57,451 nucleotides of DNA from positions 1 to 57,451 of IMG/VR virus record IMGVR_UViG_3300037206_000024. The stretch is one strand, 5' to 3'. Source of the DNA: a virus. Lineage: Duplodnaviria; Caudoviricetes. Of this stretch, positions 9,319 to 17,021 are shown piece by piece. Each line of letters starts with the position of its first letter. The first letter of the stretch is position 1. A program made the position numbers and the translations under genes. The notes under the pieces are model-generated. The model was not told the DNA's origin, did no database searches, and saw nothing but the letters and a program-made list of their open reading frames with translations.

Positions 9319-9846
9319 ATGACAGAGCTAGAAGCAAGGCAAGAAGAAATGCGATTACGCAACTCTGTCTGTACTAAGACAGCAGTGAGAGTAATCTCGA
9401 TTATAGACAGAGTTCTTGCGGTAAGAGAGCAACGAACTGCTCAGCGAATAAAAGAATATGAAGATACTTTGGCGCTGAGACCTAAGCAATTATTTAGAAA
9501 TGGAAAAGTTGTGCCTGAAGTTGTAGAACTTTCAAAGAAACAAAGAATTAAAGTGGAGCGCACAGCAGATTATCCTGTACCACGTGATTTGAAACGAAAT
9601 GGTTGGACCCCTGAACTGTTCTACTCAGCCATTAAAAAGCAGAATGGCGAATGTGCTATATGTAATAGGAAACTTACATTTGAGAATGGAACGAGCGGCT
9701 CTAGAGCATGTACAGACCATCAGCACACTGTCCCACCGAATCCCAGAGGGATTCTCTGTTCTCCTTGCAACTCCGCCATTGGTCTTCTGAAAGATTCCCC
9801 AGAGTTGTGCGAAGCAGCCGCAGAATACCTTCGCAAGAGTTTATAA
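9319..9846 (+). CDS. Endonuclease VII-family homing endonuclease
   Basis: CAIC...DHQH...PRGILCSPCNSAIGLLKD...AAEYL. Confidence 0.82.
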   Translation: MTELEARQEEMRLRNSVCTKTAVRVISIIDRVLAVREQRTAQRIKEYEDTLALRPKQLFRNGKVVPEVVELSKKQRIKVERTADYPVPRDLKRNGWTPELFYSAIKKQNGECAICNRKLTFENGTSGSRACTDHQHTVPPNPRGILCSPCNSAIGLLKDSPELCEAAAEYLRKSL

Positions 9847-10028
9847 GTTTGGGCGTAGCAGCAGTAATGTTGTAGGCATCGCAACAAGGTGCCTGCCCAG
9901 CGTATTTGTTCCTTCGCAGCGTTGTCGCGCAAAGCCAGCCTCAGGAACGACGTGAGGAGACCCCACGATACAAAAGGGTCTCACATTTTAGTTACAGGAT
10001 TTTTTGTCAGGTAGTATTGGAGGCAGAC

Positions 10029-10226
10029 ATGGTAGTCCTACTTGTTCTTTTTACCAGCACAGTTTTCCTCAGTATCGACTCATTCAGAAACTGGAACAAG
10101 AATCGCATTCGCGTACCGCGTGGCACGATGTATACGACTCCCGGCTTCGAAGCGCTTGGTTGTTTGGCACAGGATGGACCACTTCCTGAAAAGAAAAAGA
10201 GTCATAAACAAAATCCCAAGGCTTAG
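10029..10226 (+). CDS. Small hypothetical protein with hydrophobic N-terminus
   Basis: GGAGG RBS before ATG 10029. Confidence 0.5.
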   Translation: MVVLLVLFTSTVFLSIDSFRNWNKNRIRVPRGTMYTTPGFEALGCLAQDGPLPEKKKSHKQNPKA

Positions 10227-10251
10227 TGGCCTTTGATCTAGAGGTGGTTCA

Positions 10252-10569
10252 GTGGAAAACCCTATCACACCTTTGACACCTGAGCAAACAGCCAAGGAAG
10301 AATCTCAGGCAGCTAAAGAGAGATACCTGCACAGGACACTGGTTGGCTTGGATCAATTTGTAAATGTGCTGGCTGGTGGGCATCCCGACGAAACGATCTC
10401 CGCGCGGGCGGCTAGGGCAGCTGAACAGAACAAGATGTGGGGAAAAGGAATGTCTTCCTTTCTCAACTTGTTTCAGAAAGACCATGGGCCAGACGCACAA
10501 GCAGGAGATTTAGAGCGCGCCACAGCCGTTGCCAAGATTGAAGATCAGTCAGGTGGCATTGACAAGTAA
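10252..10569 (+). CDS. Conserved phage hypothetical protein
   Basis: LDQFVNVLAGGHPDETISAR motif typical of a small phage protein family; GAGGTGG RBS. Confidence 0.7.
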   Translation: MENPITPLTPEQTAKEESQAAKERYLHRTLVGLDQFVNVLAGGHPDETISARAARAAEQNKMWGKGMSSFLNLFQKDHGPDAQAGDLERATAVAKIEDQSGGIDK

Positions 10570-10574
10570 AGTTT

Positions 10575-10651
10575 CAGAGAGTGGTGTAGTCTGGTAGCAT
10601 CCGTGGTCTGGAACCATGTGGCCGCAGGTTCAAATCCTGCCTCTCTGACCA
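10575..10651 (+). tRNA. tRNA-Pro(UGG)
   Basis: Cloverleaf: CAGAGAG/CTCTCTG acceptor, C1-G72, A73, anticodon loop TCTGGAA, TTCAAAT T-loop, encoded CCA. Confidence 0.9.
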
Positions 10652-10654
10652 TGT

Positions 10655-10730
10655 TGCGGGGTAGTAGCGCAGGACAATACGCGAGCCTCATAAGCTCGAA
10701 ACGCGAGTGCAAATCTCGCCGCCGCAACCA
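10655..10730 (+). tRNA. tRNA with CAU anticodon (Met/Ile2-type, atypical)
   Basis: CGAGC-CTCATAA-GCTCG anticodon arm; T arm GCGAG-TGCAAAT-CTCGC; encoded CCA; G6.G67 mismatch. Confidence 0.75.
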
Positions 10731-10994
10731 AATCCTAAAAGTTCTACGGCCATCAGACGCTTAGCGGGTGGTGAGGGGTCGCCTCGGTAGCGACTCCGTA
10801 GCCGTTGAAGAAGACTCACCCTGTGTCACCCTGTGTGACCTGTGCTGGTGAGACTGCGGGATGCGATACCCGCTTAGCGGCGTAGCCATACGCCTTGTGC
10901 GCACAGAATGCTGGTTTGCTACCAGCGAAATGGCATAGAGGTCTTTGGTAGATTCTTTCCTCGCATGCAAATGAATCTCCAGCTTTTAGAAAAT

Positions 10995-11068
10995 GGGCTG
11001 TTCGTCTAATGTGAGGACTTTTCCCTTGCACGGAAACAACGGGAGTTAGACCCTCCCACGGTCCACCA
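10995..11068 (+). tRNA. tRNA-Ala(UGC), atypical T-loop
   Basis: GGGCTGT/ACGGTCC acceptor with G3.U70; TTTCC-CTTGCAC-GGAAA anticodon arm; encoded CCA. Confidence 0.82.
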
Positions 11069-11169
11069 AGTTTGCCCGTCAGTGCATTGGTCACTTTGTG
11101 TGGCAACTGACCCAACGCCCAGTTGGCCCGTGAGGGGACGAGGCAATATCATCATAAATAAGTCATACC

Positions 11170-11198
11170 AGCCCAAGCCTAAACAGCTTGGGCTTTTT
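11170..11198 (+). terminator. Intrinsic terminator after the tRNA region
   Basis: AGCCCAAGC-loop-GCTTGGGCT followed by T run. Confidence 0.7.
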
Positions 11199-11219
11199 CG
11201 TGCCCGTCTGGAGAAGTCC

Positions 11220-11591
11220 ATGAGGTCAGACCCAACCCTAAGGAATTGGTACAGGATAATCAACAGACGCTTCTTCGACAGTCAACTTCCCAATGACGTT
11301 TGTGTTAGGTGGGCAGAAGACTCGGAAGAGGACGACGAGAGATGGGAAGAGAAATACTTTGGCTCTGCAGACAAAGCCAGAGATGGTAGGCATTCCTACG
11401 TAATAGTCATGAGTAGGAAGTTGAACATCCCGGCATCAACAAGACTTATAACTCTTTGTCATGAAATGTGCCACATAGCAACGGAGTTGAAAGACAACCA
11501 TGGTCCAGCCTTTGAATATTGGAGGCAGTACATAGCAGACCGAGGTATCTTCAAGAAAAATGCCCTTAGGAAGGGTCTTACTATTTTTTGA
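11220..11591 (+). CDS. SprT-like zinc metallopeptidase domain protein
   Basis: LCHEMCH (HExxH) followed by HGPAF; GGAG RBS before ATG 11220. Confidence 0.8.
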   Translation: MRSDPTLRNWYRIINRRFFDSQLPNDVCVRWAEDSEEDDERWEEKYFGSADKARDGRHSYVIVMSRKLNIPASTRLITLCHEMCHIATELKDNHGPAFEYWRQYIADRGIFKKNALRKGLTIF

Positions 11592-11616
11592 AAACAAAAC
11601 TCAAGGAGAGACTCAG

Positions 11617-11958
11617 ATGGCAGAAACAATCGAAGCAGTCGTAGCACCTACGTCTAACCCCGTGACCGAAGCCACAACTGTGGCAGAAGTCCCCAAGCGC
11701 ACCAAGCAGGCATTGACCGCAGAAGAACGCGAGCCGCTGCACAAATTTGAAACGGCGTACCTCAAGGCGCAGATCCAATTGAATGCCTTGACGCAGCAAA
11801 CCCAAGCGGCTCAGAAGGGCTTCACGGAAGCTGTGGAAGCCCTCGGCAAGAAGTACGAAATCAACCCCAAAGAGATGCAGTTCGACAATACGCAGTTTGA
11901 ATTTGTCGCAATCGCGGGGCAGGCAGCGCCGGTGGCTATGAAAGCCGTCAAACAGTAA
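11617..11958 (+). CDS. Hypothetical coiled-coil protein
   Basis: AAGGAG RBS before ATG 11617. Confidence 0.7.
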   Translation: MAETIEAVVAPTSNPVTEATTVAEVPKRTKQALTAEEREPLHKFETAYLKAQIQLNALTQQTQAAQKGFTEAVEALGKKYEINPKEMQFDNTQFEFVAIAGQAAPVAMKAVKQ

Positions 11959-11969
11959 GGAGCCAGAAA

Positions 11970-12566
11970 ATGGCCGACTCAGAAAAGTTAGTAGACATCA
12001 CAAAACCCGGTGTGTTCAAAGACACACCGGGCGCTTCAGAAGGTATCATCATACGTAGGGATGTTCCGGTAAAAGTAGCTAGGGGTGAGGGCGGTAAGTT
12101 TGTCAAGCAAGCAAAATCCATGCCCAAGACCCAAGATGTCACTAGGCTTCTAAGGAATTTGCTTAATCAGGCCGAGGCAGGACCTGATGGAGTGCTGCGC
12201 AGAGGGGGTAAGACTCGCCTGCGAGCGATGTTCGACAACATCGTGACCATTGCAAGCAAAGACCCTAATATACCGCTCTTTGATAAAGAGGGTAACCCCG
12301 TATTGAATGCAGATGGCACGCAGCGCACGTACTTCAGCGACAAGATTGCGGGTGTGGCAGTACAGGCATTCGATAAACTTGCCTTGCGCGTATACGGTGC
12401 GTATAACAAGAGCGATGAAGAATTGGATGCAATGAAGTCCCAAGGCGTCAAGTTTGTGGTGATTGCACCACCAGACATGATGAACCGTGAAGTTATAGAA
12501 GATAAGCCCAAGGAAGCTTTGAAGCCCGCGTTTTTAGAGGGGGAGTTCGTAGAAGACAAGAGTTAG
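11970..12566 (+). CDS. Probable terminase small subunit
   Basis: Position upstream of terL (separated only by an endonuclease gene), size, GGKFVK motif; function inferred from synteny. Confidence 0.45.
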   Translation: MADSEKLVDITKPGVFKDTPGASEGIIIRRDVPVKVARGEGGKFVKQAKSMPKTQDVTRLLRNLLNQAEAGPDGVLRRGGKTRLRAMFDNIVTIASKDPNIPLFDKEGNPVLNADGTQRTYFSDKIAGVAVQAFDKLALRVYGAYNKSDEELDAMKSQGVKFVVIAPPDMMNREVIEDKPKEALKPAFLEGEFVEDKS

Positions 12567-12571
12567 AGACA

Positions 12572-12652
12572 CCCTGAGCCTTGATCAGCTCGGGCTAGAG
12601 CCGAGGAGTGCCCTCAAGCCTCCTTGGTTCGACCTACTTGAGGAGATAAATA
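12572..12652 (+). ncRNA. Hairpin + RBS-overlapping pseudoknot element, copy B
   Basis: P1 CCCTGAGC/GCTCGGG; P2 GAGCCGAGGAG/CTCCTTGGTTC; loop CCTCAAG (12612-18) pairs CTTGAGG (12637-43). Confidence 0.75.
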
Positions 12653-13075
12653 ATGCCGTACGCAGATCCAGATGTAAGTAGAGAGTATCACACTCGGAAA
12701 TCAGCAGAGTGGGCTAAGAATCACCCAGAGAAGAGGGAAAGAATACGCAAGAAGCACTGTCAAACACTAAAGCACAAAATATCAAAAAGAAAGTGTGTGC
12801 TAAAGAGCAAGGGCTGGACCCCAGAGTCCTACGCTGCAGCCCTTGTAACGCAAGAGTACCGATGTGCTGTATGTCTTGTACTGTTTGATTTGAGATTAAA
12901 GCAAGGAAAGGGAGCAGCGTGTGCCGACCACGACCATCACACGAATAAATCCAGAGGAATTCTGTGCTCAAATTGTAACCTTCTCTTAGGCCATGCGATG
13001 GACAGCGAGGAGATACTACTTAAGGCAGCTGCCTATCTCAGAAAGCATAAAGATGCCTCGAAAAAAGATCGTTGA
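12653..13075 (+). CDS. Endonuclease VII-family homing endonuclease
   Basis: CAVC...DHDH...RGILCSNCNLLLG...AAAYL; overlaps the terL start. Confidence 0.82.
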   Translation: MPYADPDVSREYHTRKSAEWAKNHPEKRERIRKKHCQTLKHKISKRKCVLKSKGWTPESYAAALVTQEYRCAVCLVLFDLRLKQGKGAACADHDHHTNKSRGILCSNCNLLLGHAMDSEEILLKAAAYLRKHKDASKKDR

Positions 13076-14969
13076 AGAAAAAGCTCGCCCGCCATATCTA
13101 AACGCGGACGGCACTCTGGAGATATCAAAGATATTTGAGTTTCAGCCTAAGCAGACAGAGCTGCTTCAAGTGCGCACCAGAGATGGAGTGCCTTATATAA
13201 TGCCGATAGCCCCCCAATGCCTAAGCGTTGGAGGTTTTCGCTCAGGAAAGACAGTGGGAGTTCTGATGTACTTTGTCATGAACTACTGCTTGGCATTTGA
13301 GAACTGTGACATCCTAATCCTTAGAAGGACATTCAAAGAGTTGGAGTCCGGCTGCATAAAGGACGCTCTTACGTTCATACCTCCAGAGATTTACAACTAC
13401 GACCAAACGAAACATTGCTTGACATTCAAAAATGGCTCACGTATAGTTTTTGGCCATTGTCAGAACAATAAAATGCGGGATTAAAAAGTCAGTCCCCTCA
13501 CTCAGAGATGAGTGTTGAAGAATCGAGAGAATTCAGGGAAACACTCGAAAGAGTCAATCCTGAGCCGAGCGCATAAAAATCATGCGAAGGTGCAACGATC
13601 ATCCCGTCGCTGGGAGTAGGGAACAGTGTTCCCGAAGCACTCGACATCTGAAAAGATGATGATATGATCTGGACTTGCTGGTGACAGCAAGAGTTTGGAT
13701 GGAAACGATCCAAGCATAACATAATCGATTGAACAATATCTCGGTCAAGCGTACTGTGCCATTCTCATTGATGAGTGTGGACAGTTCTCACCTGATGCAT
13801 GGATGATGCTATACGCACGTAATATAGTCAACGCGGCTTGTAAACCCAATGTGCATGGGCACTTTCCAATCCCGTGTGTCTGGGGCTGCACTAACCCGCT
13901 CGGTCCTTACTACGAATTTTACCGTACGGTATTCGTGCAGAAGGAACCCTTTGATAAACCCGAGAATGCGAAGCGAGACAGCAACGGCGCATGGTGGGTT
14001 GACTCCAATGGGGAATGGCTCAACATCTACGACCCCTCGTTGTACGCCTACCAGCGTTCGACAGCCATGGATAACCCTAAGTTTCTCGCAAGAGATCCCG
14101 GGTTTCTAGCGCGCATGAACAGTATGCCCAAAGCCAAGAGAGATAAAATGCTGCTTGGATTGGATGGGGCTGTTGAGGGACAGTACTTTTCAAACTTCGA
14201 CCCTTATGAACATGTGATTGATCTTCGTGAAGACCCCGAAGCTATCATTTGGCAATCTTATCAGCCAGTGTGGGGGGCGCAAGACTGGGGAGTTGGGCAC
14301 TATAACGCGGCTTATTTATTCACCAAAGCATTGGTTAGAACCATTGGTAATGAGTACAAAACGAAGACCGTATGCTTCGCAGAAACCGTGCTTCAAGGTG
14401 GAAAAACGCACAAAGAATGGGCAGCGATATTCAAACGCATGTGTAAACTGCCCAACGGTGAACCAGCAATTCCAAAATCGATATTCTTTTCTCACGAAAA
14501 GTTTTCTAAGCAGGTCACTGGGCACACACCGGCTGATGAATACTCAGTAGAACTTAGAGCTTTAGGGCTTCCTCCGGTAACCCGTGCAGCAGCGGCAGCA
14601 GGTGATCGTGTGGGATCTGCATCAATGGTTTACAACATGTTGTCCAACGGAGAACTGGTCATACTTGACACCTGCAGGGATATCATCAACACGTTTCCTA
14701 CATTGATGCGTGATCCAGATATGATGGACGACGTACTCAAAGTCAACACTCGTGGAGACGATGCGTGGGACGCCTTTCGCTATGGGATTTACGGAATGTA
14801 TAAGTCACGCAGAAAACCAGAGATAATCACAATTGAAGAACATGCCAAAAATTTGGACCCTCTTGCAGGTTGGTTTTACAGGCAAAAGATGCTAGCCAGT
14901 CGCAAGAATGAAAATACACCCTTTGTTCAGGCCGAGCAACCCGTTTGGCTAGGAAAAGGTGTATACTAA
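13053..14969 (+). CDS. terL: Terminase large subunit, spliced (exons 13053-13481 and 13728-14969; 556 aa)
   Basis: Walker A GGFRSGKT in exon 1; splicing gives ...NNKMRD|IEQYLGQAYCAILIDE (Walker B); TNP coupling motif, QDWG and DDAWDAFRY nuclease motifs. Confidence 0.9.
13482..13727 (+). mobile_element. Group I intron (246 nt, no ORF) in terL
   Basis: P1 GGGAU/GUCCC with U.G at the 5' splice site; core GAAUUCAGGGAA...AAUCCUGAGCCGAG...GCAACGAUC...GAUAUGAUCUG; terminal G 13727 restores frame. Confidence 0.9.
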
Positions 14970-14980
14970 GGAGACTCAGC

Positions 14981-15394
14981 GTGGGAATCGAATATGAAGA
15001 GACGTGGGGAGCACTCATACGTCAATTTTTTCGAGAATTATTCGGAAGTAGATATGCCGACCACCTCGAAGGTGAGATTTTGCGCTTGCGCAATGACCAC
15101 GACAGAGTTTTGCATGATCGAGACGTGCAAATTGCCTCTCAGCGTGAAGAAATCGCGCGCTTGAACACCAAAATCATCGTGTATGAGAACACGGTGATGT
15201 CTCACAGCTCGAAAATGGGCGCAGAAGTGGTTGCTTATCAAAAACCAGCTCCACCGAAGCCCGCGTTCAATTTTGTAGACATGCCGCAGACGAAATCTCG
15301 CTGGCAAGTCATGCAAGACGAGCATGACGCGCAAATAGCCAAGGAAGAAGCTGAGGAACAAGCACAGAAAGCTGCAACTGCAGCGAAGGAGTAG
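14981..15394 (+). CDS. Hypothetical coiled-coil protein
   Basis: AAGGAG RBS, GTG start 14981. Confidence 0.7.
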   Translation: MGIEYEETWGALIRQFFRELFGSRYADHLEGEILRLRNDHDRVLHDRDVQIASQREEIARLNTKIIVYENTVMSHSSKMGAEVVAYQKPAPPKPAFNFVDMPQTKSRWQVMQDEHDAQIAKEEAEEQAQKAATAAKE

Positions 15395-15396
15395 TT

Positions 15397-15597
15397 GTGG
15401 CTGAAGAAAAGAAGGGTGAAGTAGAGCACATCAGTATATCCAAAGCAAAAAATGGATTCAAAATTTGTTGCTCCTATGAGGCAGAAAAGACACTCTCACA
15501 AAGAGCCGGGTGGGCACCGTGCATGCCCTGCACAACAGAGGATTGGGTGGAAAAAACCAAAGAGGCCGTGATCAAACGCCTAGAGGAGATATTGTAA
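15397..15597 (+). CDS. Hypothetical protein
   Basis: AAGGAG RBS; TAATG overlap with the next gene. Confidence 0.65.
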   Translation: MAEEKKGEVEHISISKAKNGFKICCSYEAEKTLSQRAGWAPCMPCTTEDWVEKTKEAVIKRLEEIL

Positions 15598-16100
15598 TGA
15601 GTTTTCCAAGCAAAAACGGCAAATCGTATGGCTCAGCCTACGTAGCCAAGAAAAAAGATTCAATGCACGAAGGTATGGGCAAGGAACCAGTGCAGTCTAA
15701 CCCAGAAAAAGGATCAGAACCCAAGGAAGAACCCCGGACTAACCCTATGGGTGAAGCCAAGTTTTCGGCTAAGGAAGCCACAGCTCCAGACAATGATGTT
15801 CTAGGGAACCCCGAGGGCGTCGATGCAGGTGCAGTGGCAGCTGAGCATGGTCCGGCAGAAAACGTCACGATCCACCACGATCACCAAGGTGGAAAGCATG
15901 TCGTAGTGAGCAGACATCCAGACGGACACATGAACCTCAGTCAACACAAATCTCATACCGAGGCGCACGAGGCCGCAAAGCAGCTTTCTGGGCCAGCAAA
16001 CGAAGAGAACACAGACAAGAGCGCTAATGCCGACGCAGGGCAAGGCGACATGTTTGGCGAGAAGGAATCGGATGGATTTTCCATGCCGAGACTTTCTTAG
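15597..16100 (+). CDS. His-rich hypothetical protein (paralog 1)
   Basis: GGAG RBS; HGPA...HVVVSRHPDG...EAHEAAKQLS. Confidence 0.7.
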   Translation: MSFPSKNGKSYGSAYVAKKKDSMHEGMGKEPVQSNPEKGSEPKEEPRTNPMGEAKFSAKEATAPDNDVLGNPEGVDAGAVAAEHGPAENVTIHHDHQGGKHVVVSRHPDGHMNLSQHKSHTEAHEAAKQLSGPANEENTDKSANADAGQGDMFGEKESDGFSMPRLS

Positions 16101-16122
16101 AGAAATATCAGGAGAGATAAAA

Positions 16123-16605
16123 ATGTATGAAAGCAAGCGCGAGCCGGGGCGCAAATTCGGTAGTATCTACGCGGGGAAGCGATTCGATTCCTACGACGCC
16201 GGGAAACAGCCCGGTGAGGAAAACGAGAACGAGCACTCCACTTCGGAGGACCATGGTGAAGACAAAGTAAACACCATGGGTAAGGACAAAACTCCACACG
16301 ACAAAACAGCCACCAGTGCTCATGCAGAAACTCCCAGCGCCATTGTAGCGTCCCACGGGCCAGCGCATACGGTGCACATCGCGCACAATGAAGATGGAAC
16401 GCATCGTGTTTCGTCTGCACATGATGATGGCTACAACAGTGAGAGTGATCACTCAACATCTGACGAAGCCCACAGCCACGCCGAGCAACTGTCCCTAGAA
16501 GCAGGCGGGGAAGACCAAGCGAGTGACGTGAAGCGCAGGGCACATTACCCACAACAGGGCGCAGAGTCAGAATCAAGAAATTTTGAAGCCCCCGATTTGG
16601 TGTAA
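16123..16605 (+). CDS. His-rich hypothetical protein (paralog 2)
   Basis: AGGAG RBS; HGPA...HRVSSAHDDG...EAHSHAEQLS. Confidence 0.7.
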   Translation: MYESKREPGRKFGSIYAGKRFDSYDAGKQPGEENENEHSTSEDHGEDKVNTMGKDKTPHDKTATSAHAETPSAIVASHGPAHTVHIAHNEDGTHRVSSAHDDGYNSESDHSTSDEAHSHAEQLSLEAGGEDQASDVKRRAHYPQQGAESESRNFEAPDLV

Positions 16606-16608
16606 CGT

Positions 16609-16797
16609 ATGCCATTCGTCTCGGCTAAACAAAGAGCATTTGGGCATGCAAACCCAGAGAAATTCGGTGGGGAAAAAGGGTTGAAGGAGTGGGAAAGTTC
16701 CACACCCTCCAAACTTCCCACCTATAAGCATGGGAAGACAACATCTCCCGACACAAAGAAGCGTTTCAATTACTCGGCCAAGAAGAAAAAGGACTAG
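16609..16797 (+). CDS. Small basic phage protein
   Basis: MPFVSAKQRAF start typical of small proteins in phage head modules. Confidence 0.6.
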   Translation: MPFVSAKQRAFGHANPEKFGGEKGLKEWESSTPSKLPTYKHGKTTSPDTKKRFNYSAKKKKD

Positions 16798-16799
16798 TC

Positions 16800-17009
16800 A
16801 TGATTGGTATGGCGAGAAAGAAAACACACAATGTAGACCTTGGAGAAAAAGGAAGTTTCAAGGTGAACAAAGGTGGTCTCCATCGAGCCCTAGGGGTTCC
16901 CGAGGGAAAGAAATTGACCTACGCGCAAAAGCAGCCCAAACCGGGCGACAGCGAACACGTAAAACGAATGAAGGCGAGCGCTAAAGGCTTCGCCGCGATG
17001 CATCACTAG
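16800..17009 (+). CDS. Small basic phage protein
   Basis: KGGLHRALGVPEGKK motif. Confidence 0.6.
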   Translation: MIGMARKKTHNVDLGEKGSFKVNKGGLHRALGVPEGKKLTYAQKQPKPGDSEHVKRMKASAKGFAAMHH

Positions 17010-17021
17010 AGAGGAATTCAA

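Noticed and set aside
13053-14969. terL and MCP as pseudogenes, frameshifted genes or cases of stop-codon reassignment
   Set aside because: Breaks coincide with group I intron cores, and splicing at U.G/terminal-G sites restores frame and motifs; TAA, TAG and TGA all end intact genes elsewhere
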